The position numbers and the translations under genes were made by a program. A stretch of 64,000 bases of DNA from Verrucomicrobiota bacterium (GTDB lineage: Bacteria; Verrucomicrobiota; Verrucomicrobiia; Limisphaerales; AAA164-E04): assembly GCA_047947115.1 (NCBI GenBank), contig CP170459.1, positions 5,408,001 to 5,472,000 of the forward strand. The letters run 5' to 3'. The notes below the pieces were generated by a model, which ran no database searches, had not been told where the DNA came from, and worked only from the letters and a program-made list of their open reading frames with translations. Below are positions 1 to 10,152 of this stretch, piece after piece. Position 1 is the first letter of the stretch; the number at the start of each line of letters is the position of its first letter.

Positions 1-431
1 CATTGGCAATCGCGACGCCGCTTTTTACCGACCGGCGGATCGGGCTGTTCATTGGCTTGAAACGGCCCCCAGTTGGCAACCTGACGCCCCCCCTTCCCTC
101 CATAATACCCCATTCGATAGAGATCCAAGGTAAACTCAGACGCAGGCCGCGCACTCACATGCACCCGCAGAGTTTCCCCCGCACGATATCTTGTCTGTGA
201 ACAATACCCCTCGATCCTCGGACAACGATACCTCGTGGCGGGATCAACCCCCGTTTTAACGAGCATCCAATCCGTTGTTCCTTCTTTCTGATTTTCAGAG
301 GGGATGGGATTGATCGAAGCGCCCTGACCTCCTCGTCGTAATGCATGACAACCGATGCCACTCAAGGCCAACCCTGAACCAGCCATCATCCGAATGGCAT
401 GCCTACGATCCATGCGTCCTAAAAATTTCAT
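1..431 (-). CDS. Partial (3' end outside window) Tat-signal protein, N,N-dimethylformamidase beta-subunit-like (DUF6605-type)
   Basis: Not in ORF track. Manual translation from ATG 431: MKFLGRMDRRHAIRMMAGSGLALSGIGC...ENQKEGTTDW...IEGYCSQTRYRAGETLRVHVS...FTLDLYRMGYYGGKGGR, open to the window edge. Twin-Arg signal; YRMGYYGGxGGR motif recalled for this family. Confidence 0.7.
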   Translation of the reverse strand, partial: MKFLGRMDRRHAIRMMAGSGLALSGIGCHALRRGGQGASINPIPSENQKEGTTDWMLVKTGVDPATRYRCPRIEGYCSQTRYRAGETLRVHVSARPASEFTLDLYRMGYYGGKGGRQVANWGPFQANEQPDPPVGKKRRRDCQ

Positions 432-724
432 GTGATGTTGCCAATTGTCAGCACACAACCAGAAAATGCAAACAAAACAACCACGCTGTCAACCAACCCT
501 ATGGAATGCTCCGGGTCTTGGTTGAATGAAATAGTTAACATTTTGAGCCCAATGTCCGCTCTACTGGTAAGCTTGATAACATGAACGAGGAATCGCATTA
601 CCCATTATCCGAAATTCCACCAGTCTGGTTTGATCAACTAATCCCCCATTCACATTGCAACACGCAAAATCCTTTGGCACCATGCCCCCACATGACGGAA
701 GATACAACATCGGCACAGACATCA

Positions 725-1474
725 ATGGACAACTCTCAAAACCCTCAACGGTCCGAGAACCGACAACCGGATCAGTTGCGTACCATCCGGTTCCAGAACA
801 ACATTGCACCCCATGCAACCGGTTCGACCTTGATTGAATGGGGGAATACGCGAGTCGTTTGTGGGGTCACCATCGAAGAAAATGTTCCGCGCTGGATGAA
901 GGAGCAAAAGAAGGAAGGCGGTTGGATCACGGCCGAATACTCCATGCTCCCCTATTCCACTCATTCCCGCAAACAACGAGACGCCACCAAGGGCCGCATC
1001 GACGGACGATCCCAGGAGATCCAACGCCTCATTGGCCGAGCCATCCGGGCGGCCGTGGATTTGAAAAAGCTCGGACCTCGCACCATCTGGGTGGACTGCG
1101 ACGTGCTCCAGGCAGACGGAGGCACTCGCACCGCATCCATCACGGGCGGATTTGTCGCCTTGTCTCTGGCGATTCAGACATTGCTCGACAAGGAACTACT
1201 GAAAGAATCCCCCATCATCAACGGAGTGGCCGCAGTCAGTATGGGCGTGGTCAACGGGATCCCTGTGCTGGATTTGGATTATGTGGAGGACGTCAATGCC
1301 GAGGTGGATATGAACCTGGTCATGACCGACAAAGACGAATACATCGAAGTGCAGGGCACGGGCGAAAAAGGCACCTTCCATCATCAGGAACTGACGCGAC
1401 TGCTGGAACTCGGCTCCAAAGGTATCAAAGAGCTGATCGACCTTCAGAAGCAGGCCATTGCTCAGGGACTTTAG
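725..1474 (+). CDS. rph: Ribonuclease PH
   Basis: Motifs GWITAEYSMLP, GRSQEIQRLIGR, DCDVLQADGGTRTASITG. Start placed at ATG 725 (MDNSQNPQRSENRQPDQLR) rather than 581. Confidence 0.95.
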   Translation: MDNSQNPQRSENRQPDQLRTIRFQNNIAPHATGSTLIEWGNTRVVCGVTIEENVPRWMKEQKKEGGWITAEYSMLPYSTHSRKQRDATKGRIDGRSQEIQRLIGRAIRAAVDLKKLGPRTIWVDCDVLQADGGTRTASITGGFVALSLAIQTLLDKELLKESPIINGVAAVSMGVVNGIPVLDLDYVEDVNAEVDMNLVMTDKDEYIEVQGTGEKGTFHHQELTRLLELGSKGIKELIDLQKQAIAQGL

Positions 1475-1484
1475 AGCCAAACTT

Positions 1485-2447
1485 ATGGCAGAACCCGATA
1501 CAAACCCAATGAGCAAATCAGCCACAACTGAAGCACCCGTCTGGCAAGTTTCACTGGATGTTCCAACGTGCCTTGAGGAACCAATCACGGAACTGCTCGG
1601 CACCTTGCTGGAGCAACCAGCATCCGCATATTGCCCTTTGGAGAGCGACCTGTCCGTGGTTTCGGCGTACATCACGGATCGATCTCATTGGAATGCGGCA
1701 AAAGGGAGACTTCTCAAAGAACAAATCCAATGCTTCTTTCCGGAGGAAGCGGAGGGATTGGACTTGAAAATACACTGTCGAAAAATCAAAGCCAACGACT
1801 GGCAAGAGTCCTGGAAACGACATTTCAAACCGATTGAAATAGGCGAGCGCCTGCTCATCAAACCGAGCTGGAACAAACGAAAGCCCAAAAAAAACCAGCA
1901 ACTCGTAGTGCTGGATCCCGGGCTCAGTTTTGGAACGGGGCAGCATGCCACCACGCGATTTTGTCTGGAAGAGATTGAACGCCTCCAAATAACGTCCCAA
2001 TCGCAGTCGTTGCTGGATATCGGGACCGGTTCAGGAATCCTGGCCATTGCGGCAGTCAAACTGGGATTTTCTCCGGTCAAGGCATTCGATTTTGATCCCG
2101 ACTCGGTGCAGGTGACAAACGAAAATGCTTCGGACAACGGGGTCCTTGATCAGATACAAATCACAAAAAGCGATCTGACCAAACTCAAGCCATCCACTCG
2201 CCAGCGCTACGATTTCGTCTGCGCCAACCTGACGCATGACATATTGAAATCCTGTGCCGACACCATCGTCAACCGGGTCAAACCGGGCGGGTGTTTACTG
2301 CTGGCCGGAATCCTGAAGGAACAATTTGCTGCGGTAAAAAAATGCTTCCAATCACTGGGATTCAAGCAGATCCGCACCCAGGAGGAAAAGGAATGGAAAT
2401 CAGGCAGTTTCAAAGCTCCAACCGTAGAGCAAGGTTCAACAACTTAA
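1485..2447 (+). CDS. prmA: Ribosomal protein L11 methyltransferase
   Basis: DWQESWKRHFKP, LDPGLSFGTGQHATT, LDIGTGSGILAI, CANL. Start at 1485 or 1509. Confidence 0.93.
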   Translation: MAEPDTNPMSKSATTEAPVWQVSLDVPTCLEEPITELLGTLLEQPASAYCPLESDLSVVSAYITDRSHWNAAKGRLLKEQIQCFFPEEAEGLDLKIHCRKIKANDWQESWKRHFKPIEIGERLLIKPSWNKRKPKKNQQLVVLDPGLSFGTGQHATTRFCLEEIERLQITSQSQSLLDIGTGSGILAIAAVKLGFSPVKAFDFDPDSVQVTNENASDNGVLDQIQITKSDLTKLKPSTRQRYDFVCANLTHDILKSCADTIVNRVKPGGCLLLAGILKEQFAAVKKCFQSLGFKQIRTQEEKEWKSGSFKAPTVEQGSTT

Positions 2448-2667
2448 CATTGAATGTGAGGGGACTGGTTCCACCCTGGTCCCTGACTTCTTCCTCAGGG
2501 CTCCTCCTGGGCAAAGGGCCTGGAATGGTGGAACTTTTGGCCGTCAAAAAAACAACCACGTTTCCAATGCGGTCCGGATGTGATCCGCAAGCTGTTAGGT
2601 TTGATGCAGGAGTGGGCCCCAAACACGGGACCACTCCTCGGAGATAGTTGATTGAAGCGTTTGGTAA

Positions 2668-2675
2668 TTTATTTT
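2668..2675. repeat. Target-site duplication TTTATTTT (second copy 4208-4215)
   Basis: Identical 8-mers abut both IRs; AT-rich 8-bp duplications are typical of ISL3. Confidence 0.9.
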
Positions 2676-4207
2676 GCCTCTTCTTCAGAATCTGTGGGTA
2701 AATTTAGGTTCGGGTAGTTCACCCATTGTGTGAAAAAGGGCTATTTTAAGCACTTCAAAGCTACGATAGCCGTAGGCTTTTCTGGTAGTCAGATTTATTT
2801 TGCGGTTCAAACCCTCAACAACTCCCGACGAAATAGTCTTTTTGGCCCTGAACCAATTCAGGATCAGCGGCTGATGTTTTCGTAGGCTGCTGGCAAATTT
2901 CTTGATGGGTTCCAGACGTGAGCGCATAGCTCTGGTGCACCACTTGTTCAAATACCACTCAGCCCAATATGGGCTAGTGTAATTCCAAAAGAACTCAAAT
3001 GCTTCTTTGAGCAAAAATGCCCGAACACTTTTCAGATCATACTGGAGGACTTCCTCCAGCTTAATCTTTTGATTGGGCGTGAGGTTCTCACGACGTTTGA
3101 GAAAGCAGTATTTGGTGTGTTTAAGCACTTCCTGGTATCCGTCCTGACGCATCTTACGCGCTTCGACCGCCCTGACTTCATTGATTGCTTTGTTCAGATT
3201 GGCTACGATATGGAAGCGATCCAACACGTGGAGGGCGTGTTCGAGTTTTTCCTTAATCACATTGAGATAAGGTTTCCACATGTCCGAACAAACAAATTGA
3301 ATGGACTCAAGTTGCTTTTGAGTGAGGATCTTAAAAAAATCCCGAAGGGATTGCTCGGTTCTCTCCTTGGTGACGCTTAACAATCGGCGCGTGCCTTGAT
3401 CTATCTGGTAAACCACCGTCAGATACTTTTGCCCCTTTCCAAAATGCACCTCATCAACTCCGATGGCATTAATATCGTCCAAACTCCTGTGCTTCAAGCC
3501 GTATTCAACAATGGAAGCAACGGACCGATACACCGATTGCCAACTGACTTCAAAGGTCTGGGCAACTTCTTTCCATGAAAGTTTCCGAGCCCACTGTGCA
3601 AGGAAGTGTTCCATGACACAGGTTATCCGGCTTTTTCCTTTGGCCCAAGGAACCGATTCGATGACAACACCGTCATTGGGGCAGTTAACTCTTCGCATCC
3701 GGTATTCAAGAAACACCGGCCACCCCCATAAGGGGATGAATCGAAACTTTCGTTTTCCAGGACGATGGTCATAGGTGGAAGCACTACGATTGCACTTTGA
3801 ACATACTGGGCGGCTGTTTTGCCGTGGTTCAACGCTTACGACAATAGCTTCGACTCCTTCAACTTCCTGGAAGCATGCTTGGCGATAGACAAAGGATTTG
3901 AATTTATGGCAACGATTGAGCAAGGTTTTCAACAGCATCGGCACTCTTTGACGAGGTTTGTTTTGGCGACGCCATGTTGAGGAGATTGCCGATGCTTTTC
4001 GAATAAAAATCCTCTGGGTTTTTCTTGGAGAAAAACCACACCACCCGTAGGCCCTCTCGCGTCGTGGAAGTCCAGGAAAACATCATATAAGTGCCGAAGG
4101 CCGACTCCGCGTCAGCGGGGGAGTTATGCTGATGTTTTACTGGACTGGAACAGAGCGATAGGGCATCCCGACGTGCTCAATTTACCCACTCTTTTTTGAG
4201 AAGACCC
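2676..4207 (-). mobile_element. ISL3-family insertion sequence, 1532 bp, apparently intact
   Basis: Imperfect 29-bp terminal IRs (GCCTCTTCTTCAGAATCTGTGGGTAAATT vs reverse complement GGGTCTTCTCAAAAAAGAGTGGGTAAATT, 21/29 identical). Flanked by an 8-bp direct repeat TTTATTTT. One transposase ORF. Confidence 0.93.
2685..3938 (-). CDS. ISL3-family transposase
   Basis: N-terminal Zn-finger (CSKC...RRVNCPND), IGVDE, VCSDMWKPY, LDRFHIV, SGVVEGLNRKI...RKAYGYRSF. Stop codon lies inside the terminal IR. Confidence 0.95.
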   Translation of the reverse strand: MLLKTLLNRCHKFKSFVYRQACFQEVEGVEAIVVSVEPRQNSRPVCSKCNRSASTYDHRPGKRKFRFIPLWGWPVFLEYRMRRVNCPNDGVVIESVPWAKGKSRITCVMEHFLAQWARKLSWKEVAQTFEVSWQSVYRSVASIVEYGLKHRSLDDINAIGVDEVHFGKGQKYLTVVYQIDQGTRRLLSVTKERTEQSLRDFFKILTQKQLESIQFVCSDMWKPYLNVIKEKLEHALHVLDRFHIVANLNKAINEVRAVEARKMRQDGYQEVLKHTKYCFLKRRENLTPNQKIKLEEVLQYDLKSVRAFLLKEAFEFFWNYTSPYWAEWYLNKWCTRAMRSRLEPIKKFASSLRKHQPLILNWFRAKKTISSGVVEGLNRKINLTTRKAYGYRSFEVLKIALFHTMGELPEPKFTHRF

Positions 4208-4295
4208 TTTATTTTTATCCCTGCATTTTGTAATCTTTTTGAAACATATCCTCTTTCACATGGGAATATGATGGAAAGACAGCCAAGCAACCAAC

Positions 4296-5255
4296 ATGAT
4301 ACACCCTGCGTTTACATACTTTAAAATAGGATTTTCCTGGTTATTGCTCCTGAATCTGGGGTTGAAAGCGGGTCCGATCCAATGGGGCCAGGTCCCTGAT
4401 GATGCCAAATGGGTGGCCCATATCGACCTGGAAGGACTTCGCCAAACCAAACTCTATCAACAGATACACAACTTGTTTCTCAAAGAGCCCATGGCGGAAT
4501 TGGAAGCCAAAATGGAAACCGAAATCGGCATGAAGATCCCCATCGACGGACTGGTTTCGATCACGGCCTATGGGAAGACACTCTCCAAAGAACCTGACCA
4601 GGACGGCGTATTACTGCTGGAATTAACACCTGAACTGAAAAAAATCGCCTCCACCTGGCTCGCCGGCAACGAATCCGAGAGTAAAACGAAACGACCGGAC
4701 ATCATTCAGCCTGTTGATACCGACATTACAGGCGTTTTCAATGTCGCCAATGAACTGACCATCGCCTCGGATACGGACTCCAATTATTTGTGCCTTGGCC
4801 CCAATCAGGAACGTATTATTGCAAAGGTCAAACAGCTCGGAACCAAGCGGATGGACGGTCCCGCCAAAGAAAGCTTCAGCGTTCACCCAGTCCCAAAAGG
4901 AGCGGTCGCGTATCTGGCAGTGGCCAATATTTTGGAAGAAGCAACTCTCCCGGCGCATCAAGCCAAAGTGCTGCAACTCTCCAAAGGTGCGAGTCTGAGT
5001 TTGGGGGAAGTGCAGGATAATGTCTTCATCAACTTGCATCTCCGCACTCAGGATTCGCAGGCAAGCATGCAGATCCAACGCATCCTCGCCGGCATCCAGG
5101 CGGTTGCCATGCTCAACGCCCAGCAGCCGGAATGGTTTCCGCTGATCCAAGCCATCGATATCCGCAATGATAACCAACGTGTTCAAGTAAACTGGAACCT
5201 GTCATTACAAAATGCCAACAAACTTATTCATGCCCTGCAAGGTACCGGGAAGTAA
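4296..5255 (+). CDS. Exported hypothetical protein, first gene of the ECF sigma operon
   Basis: 319-aa ORF with a signal peptide; VPDDAKWVAHIDL start of the mature part; stop is adjacent to the sigma gene start. Confidence 0.75.
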   Translation: MIHPAFTYFKIGFSWLLLLNLGLKAGPIQWGQVPDDAKWVAHIDLEGLRQTKLYQQIHNLFLKEPMAELEAKMETEIGMKIPIDGLVSITAYGKTLSKEPDQDGVLLLELTPELKKIASTWLAGNESESKTKRPDIIQPVDTDITGVFNVANELTIASDTDSNYLCLGPNQERIIAKVKQLGTKRMDGPAKESFSVHPVPKGAVAYLAVANILEEATLPAHQAKVLQLSKGASLSLGEVQDNVFINLHLRTQDSQASMQIQRILAGIQAVAMLNAQQPEWFPLIQAIDIRNDNQRVQVNWNLSLQNANKLIHALQGTGK

Positions 5256-5256
5256 C

Positions 5257-5844
5257 ATGTCTGGTCAGATGACACCTGCCACCGTGGACGAACTGGAACC
5301 CACTCTCGAAGAACTGGCCGAACAATGCAAGGCCGGAGACCGAAGCGCCTTTGAACCGCTGGTTCAACGCCTGGAATCGCGCGTAACCTTCTTCCTTTAC
5401 CGCATGGTCGGGAACATGGACGACGCGGCGGACCTGGCACAGGATTCCTTCGTCAAGGCCTACAAGAACATTCACCGCTACGATTCCAAATATTCGTTCA
5501 CCACCTGGCTGTTCACCATCGCCAAACGAACCGCCTTGAATTATTTTCGCGCTGCCAGACCAACGGTCGAGTTCCAGGAATTCACCGAGATGGATGAGAC
5601 CCATCCGGGTTCCCTGCTTGAAAGTAAGGACGAAACCCTTAGTCTCTGGTCTCTGGCAAAACGGGTATTGAAACCCAAACAATACGAAGCCCTCTGGTTG
5701 AGGTATGGAGAAGATTTTACAATTGAAGAAACGGCGCGCGTCATGAAAACGAATCAAATACGCGTTCGAGTGCTAGTGCACCGGGCGCGTGGCACCTTGA
5801 TGCGCCACATCCAGAACGAAACAGGGGAGGAATTATGTCTTTAA
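5257..5844 (+). CDS. ECF sigma-70 factor
   Basis: Region 2 (DAADLAQDSFVKAY...FTTWLFTIAKR) and region 4 (LRYGEDFTIEETARVM...VRVLVHRAR). Confidence 0.92.
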   Translation: MSGQMTPATVDELEPTLEELAEQCKAGDRSAFEPLVQRLESRVTFFLYRMVGNMDDAADLAQDSFVKAYKNIHRYDSKYSFTTWLFTIAKRTALNYFRAARPTVEFQEFTEMDETHPGSLLESKDETLSLWSLAKRVLKPKQYEALWLRYGEDFTIEETARVMKTNQIRVRVLVHRARGTLMRHIQNETGEELCL

Positions 5845-6422
5845 GTTGTCACTTTCATCGACTGCAATTGGAGCAAAGCCAGGAACGCGGTTTTGAACCA
5901 AGCGGCAAAACCTTGGCACATGTCAAGTCATGCAATTCATGCCAACGATGGTATCAAAACCAAAGGCAGATGATCAGCTCGCTGCGTCGCCAAGCCAGGA
6001 CGCCACAACCCAGGCAAGCACCTCAATTGCTGCCTGGTGTCATGGCTGCCATCCGTCATTTGCCTGATAAAGAAGTCCCGTTGGACCGCCCTGCCCCATC
6101 CATGTCCTGGAACAAATGGCTGGCGCCCGCCGCCACCGTTTGCCTCACTATCGTGATTGCGACGCAGTGGAACAAGGCACCAAGCCGGGACACCACCCTT
6201 ATAGATGGAGCCAAATGGCTGGCCTTGTCTCCCGAGGCACTGGTCCAACAAACGACCGGCCAAAGCATCAACGAGTGGGGCGAAAAGCTCGATCAACCGC
6301 TGGAGCAGGAATGGATGCTGATCAAGGAAGATGCCAAAGCCGCCATCGGGGGTATGGCAGGCACCTTCCTGCCCAGTAAATTCGGCGCGCTTTACACGCC
6401 CACTGCCAGTCAGCAACCCTGA
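5835..6422 (+). CDS. Probable zinc-binding (ZAS) transmembrane anti-sigma factor
   Basis: HxxxCxxC motif (HVKSCNSC), one TM segment (WLAPAATVCLTIVIA), overlaps the sigma gene stop. Confidence 0.8.
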   Translation: MSLSCHFHRLQLEQSQERGFEPSGKTLAHVKSCNSCQRWYQNQRQMISSLRRQARTPQPRQAPQLLPGVMAAIRHLPDKEVPLDRPAPSMSWNKWLAPAATVCLTIVIATQWNKAPSRDTTLIDGAKWLALSPEALVQQTTGQSINEWGEKLDQPLEQEWMLIKEDAKAAIGGMAGTFLPSKFGALYTPTASQQP

Positions 6423-6427
6423 CTTCC

Positions 6428-7360
6428 ATGCCTGAATTTGTCATCCAAACAGAATCATTAACCAAGAAGTTCGGCTCCCAGGCGGCGCTGAACCAGGTCT
6501 CGGTTTCGGTCCCGCCGGGCCCCATTGGTTTGTTGGGCCCCAACGGCGCCGGCAAAAGCACCTTCATGAAGTGCCTGCTCCAGCTCATCCCTACCACCAG
6601 TGGCAAAGCTCATTTGCTCGGCCAGGAGGTCGGCAGGGTGGGCAGGGAAATCCGGACGCGTGTGGGGTATACACCGGAACAGGATTGCCATATCCCCGGA
6701 ATGATCGGATGTGAATACGTCACTTATTGCGCTCAATTGTCAGGTCTTCCCTACCAGGACGCACGCCAAAGAGCCCACGAAATGCTGGATTTCGTCGGAA
6801 TGGGACAGGAGCGCTACCGAAAGATCGACACCTATTCCACCGGGATGAAGCAACGCCTCAAATTGGCACAGGCCATTGTGCACGATCCCGAAATCGTCTT
6901 TCTGGATGAACCTACCAACGGTCTCGACCCGAAAGGCCGGGAGCAAATCCTGGAACTCATCCAGAGCCTCTGGACCGAACACGGCATCAGCATTGTTTTA
7001 TCATCACATCTCCTGCACGACGTCCAGCGCATCTGTGATCAGATCATCATCATCGCCCTGGGAAAAGTGCTGGTCCACGACACCATTGCCAACCTCACCT
7101 CCCAAAGGAAAGGAGCAGCCGAGGTGGTGGTGGCCAAGGATCAGGAAAGACTGTCGGCCCTGTTCCGGCAACAGGGATGGGAATCGGAATGCCTCCCCAA
7201 TGGCCATGTCAAAGTCGAGCACGCCAGCATGAACATCAACCCCATTCTGAAAGTGCTCCACGAGGCAGACATCACCCCCATCGAAGTCCTGCCCAGCCCG
7301 AACGCACTGGAAGAATTATTCGTCCAAGCACTGAACACCGCCCATGAGTCTGTATCGTAG
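6428..7360 (+). CDS. ABC transporter ATP-binding protein
   Basis: GPNGAGKST, YSTGMKQR, VFLDEPTNGLD, SSH. Confidence 0.95.
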   Translation: MPEFVIQTESLTKKFGSQAALNQVSVSVPPGPIGLLGPNGAGKSTFMKCLLQLIPTTSGKAHLLGQEVGRVGREIRTRVGYTPEQDCHIPGMIGCEYVTYCAQLSGLPYQDARQRAHEMLDFVGMGQERYRKIDTYSTGMKQRLKLAQAIVHDPEIVFLDEPTNGLDPKGREQILELIQSLWTEHGISIVLSSHLLHDVQRICDQIIIIALGKVLVHDTIANLTSQRKGAAEVVVAKDQERLSALFRQQGWESECLPNGHVKVEHASMNINPILKVLHEADITPIEVLPSPNALEELFVQALNTAHESVS

Positions 7361-8339
7361 CGCATATCAACATTGGCAAGGCCGGTATCTGGGAATCTGG
7401 TACCGTCGTGGCGCAATCGCCATGAACGGCATCCGCAGCGCCTGGGACAACAAATGGACCCGTAACATGGTGCTGGGCGCCTGGATGCTGTCGATCGTGC
7501 AGGCCGCAATTTTGTTCGGAATCGGCCAGTTGCTCGTGGAAGACAGCGTGATCTACACACTAGTCGAACAGTTCCAGCCCCAGTTGCAAACCCTGGCCAA
7601 GGGGTTGATGTCCTGGATTGTGGCGCATCCGGAGATTTCGGTGAGCAGCACCTACAGCTTCCTGTTCTATTTCTTTTCGGGTTGGCTCAAATTTTTTCCT
7701 TTGATTATCATTGCGCTGATCATTCCCGCGCTGATTTCCAGGGATTTATCCAGCAAAGCCATCATCGTCTACAGCTCTAAAGCAGTCAGCCGATTCGATT
7801 ATTTTCTAGGGAAATTCATGACCGTTTTCGCGATGCTCAGCTTCGCCTGGTTGTTGCCGGTCTGCAGCGCCTGGTTGCTGGGTGGCTTGCTGGCTCCGGA
7901 TTGGTCTTTCCTCTGGCACTCACGCATGGCCTTGGTCAAATCAATGACATTCATTGGATTCTCCTCCGCCTTTTTAAGCTTGATCGCCATGGGAGTGTCC
8001 GCCATCTCGATCAAAGAAAAGTCCGCAACCGTCATCTGGGTGGTCATGTGGGTGCTTGGCAATGTGGCCAGCAACATCGGACGTCACACCGAGCCCTGGT
8101 TGCGTCATCTCAGTTTCAATTACAATCTGGAACAGCTATCCCTGAAACTGTTTCACCCAAAAACGGAACTGGAACAGTTGCAGGACAACATCCCGGTCAT
8201 CGGCAACCTGCTGCGCGGGATACCCACACACAACATGCCGATGTTTCAGGAACCCCAGTTTAACGGCGCCATGCTGACCTGCGGCATCATGGCATTCCTG
8301 GCCATTCTCATCCTCCATTTAAGAGTCAAACCGGAATGA
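7344..8339 (+). CDS. ABC-2-type permease
   Basis: Multiple TM segments; ISRDL...YSSKAVSRFDYFLGK motif; coupled to ATPase genes. Confidence 0.85.
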   Translation: MSLYRSAYQHWQGRYLGIWYRRGAIAMNGIRSAWDNKWTRNMVLGAWMLSIVQAAILFGIGQLLVEDSVIYTLVEQFQPQLQTLAKGLMSWIVAHPEISVSSTYSFLFYFFSGWLKFFPLIIIALIIPALISRDLSSKAIIVYSSKAVSRFDYFLGKFMTVFAMLSFAWLLPVCSAWLLGGLLAPDWSFLWHSRMALVKSMTFIGFSSAFLSLIAMGVSAISIKEKSATVIWVVMWVLGNVASNIGRHTEPWLRHLSFNYNLEQLSLKLFHPKTELEQLQDNIPVIGNLLRGIPTHNMPMFQEPQFNGAMLTCGIMAFLAILILHLRVKPE

Positions 8340-9268
8340 GCGAAGCAATCATCCAAGGTAAAAAGTTGAGCCGCTGGTATGGAGTGGTGATGGGGTTGAA
8401 CAATATCGACTTCGAAATCCTCCCTGGAATCACCGGTTTGGTCGGTCCAAATGGAGCGGGCAAAAGCACGCTCATTCAAATCATCACCGGACAACTCCAA
8501 CCCAGCTCAGGCATGCTCACCGTTTTCGGCGATGAACCATGGAATCACCCCGCCGTGCTCAAGCGCATCGGTTACTGCCCGGAACGTGAATCCCTGCCGG
8601 AACATTTGAAACCCATGGACTGGCTGCGAGGCCTCGGCCAGATCTCCGGCATCTCGGGTCATGCTTTCCCTGAATTGGGTGTGCGCCTTCTCAAACGCGT
8701 CAAACTGGGCGAGCAACACTGGAAAAAACGCATGGGCCAATACTCCAAAGGCATGCGCCAGCGCGTCAAACTGGCCCAAGCCCTGATGCATTCCCCCGAC
8801 CTGCTCATCCTGGACGAACCGATGAATGGACTTGACCCGATGGGCCGCCAGGACATCGCCGACATTTTGAAGGGTTTGGCCAAAGAAGGCGTCAGCATCG
8901 TCATCTCCAGTCATATCCTCGCGGAACTCGAATCTCTGTGCAAAAACATCCTCATCCTCAACTGGGGCCGCGTCATTGCATCCGGGGCCAAAAGTGAGAT
9001 ACGCTCCGATCTGAGTCAGTGGGCGGAAGAATTATGCGTTCGATGCGAGGATCCCCAAAAGCTGGCATCCATCCTGTTTCAGGAAGGCCATTTATTGGGG
9101 TTTGACATTCAGGAAGAGGAGAAAAAGCTGGAATTCCGCATCAAGGATCCTGGTCAATTCTATCAACGCTGGAACGTATTACTGCAGTCTTCGAATCTGA
9201 CCATCTACGAAATCAGCAGCAAAAGCCAATCTCTGCATCAAATCTTTAACAAGGTCACCACCTCCTGA
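8336..9268 (+). CDS. ABC transporter ATP-binding protein
   Basis: GPNGAGKST, YSKGMRQR, LILDEPMNGLD, SSH. Confidence 0.95.
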   Translation: MSEAIIQGKKLSRWYGVVMGLNNIDFEILPGITGLVGPNGAGKSTLIQIITGQLQPSSGMLTVFGDEPWNHPAVLKRIGYCPERESLPEHLKPMDWLRGLGQISGISGHAFPELGVRLLKRVKLGEQHWKKRMGQYSKGMRQRVKLAQALMHSPDLLILDEPMNGLDPMGRQDIADILKGLAKEGVSIVISSHILAELESLCKNILILNWGRVIASGAKSEIRSDLSQWAEELCVRCEDPQKLASILFQEGHLLGFDIQEEEKKLEFRIKDPGQFYQRWNVLLQSSNLTIYEISSKSQSLHQIFNKVTTS

Positions 9269-9273
9269 AAACC

Positions 9274-10083
9274 ATGAGTCACGAAAGCACATTGGAATCG
9301 ATCTTGCAAAAAACACCGGTGCGCCCGAATTTCCCTGGCATCCTGGCTGGCATCTGGAAACTGACCTGGAAATCCCAATTGACGTGGAAGAAGATTTACG
9401 GCGTGCTTTCCAACATACTGGTTCTACCGGTTCTGAGCTATTTTTCTTTTTCGTTTGGCGATGATTCGGATGCCTTCCTGAGATTCCTGATCGATTTTTA
9501 CATGCTGATGGTCCTCCCGATCATCTGCTTGACCGCATTTGGCGGAATGGTTCGGGATGAGTTGCAGGAAGACACCGTTTGTTTCCTCCTCACCCGCCCC
9601 ATGAAAAGATGGCAGTTCTTTCTGTCAAAATACCTAAGTCACCTTGTCTGGACACAAATCATCGGCGCCCTGACTTTGCTGGCATTTGCAGTAGCGGGAA
9701 CACTGAGAGGTGTCGACGACACTCCCATGCTGGTTTTGAGCGCGTTGAAAGTTCAGTTTCCGGCCATCATGGCCTACGGAGCCATCAGTTCTTTGTTGGG
9801 ATTAGCCACCAAGAAATACCTGGTGCTGGGGTTGGTATATGGCTTTGTGGTTGAATTCGGAATCGGCCAGATCCCCACCAACATCAACACGCTGGCCATG
9901 ACCAACCATCTGAAAAGCCTCATGGCACGTTACCAACCTCTGGCCGATCATTTGGGTTACGAACCAGGCCGCATGTTGACCGCTCTGGCAGCGCTGGTGG
10001 TCACCACTGGCGTCTTCCTGATTTTCAGCAGTGTGCTGTTCACCTTTCGTGAATACAATCACTCGGACGAAATGTCCAAGTAG
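9274..10083 (+). CDS. ABC-2-type permease
   Basis: About six TM segments; DELQEDTVCFLLTRPMKRWQFFLSK motif. Confidence 0.87.
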   Translation: MSHESTLESILQKTPVRPNFPGILAGIWKLTWKSQLTWKKIYGVLSNILVLPVLSYFSFSFGDDSDAFLRFLIDFYMLMVLPIICLTAFGGMVRDELQEDTVCFLLTRPMKRWQFFLSKYLSHLVWTQIIGALTLLAFAVAGTLRGVDDTPMLVLSALKVQFPAIMAYGAISSLLGLATKKYLVLGLVYGFVVEFGIGQIPTNINTLAMTNHLKSLMARYQPLADHLGYEPGRMLTALAALVVTTGVFLIFSSVLFTFREYNHSDEMSK

Positions 10084-10152
10084 GCAACTGAACAGAACGA
10101 AAATTTATCGATCACATCCATCCAGCGAATCCTGTCCTAAAACATCATCAAA

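Noticed and set aside
581..724. N-terminal extension of rph
   Set aside because: RNase PH similarity starts after ATG 725; the region is probably the divergent promoter.
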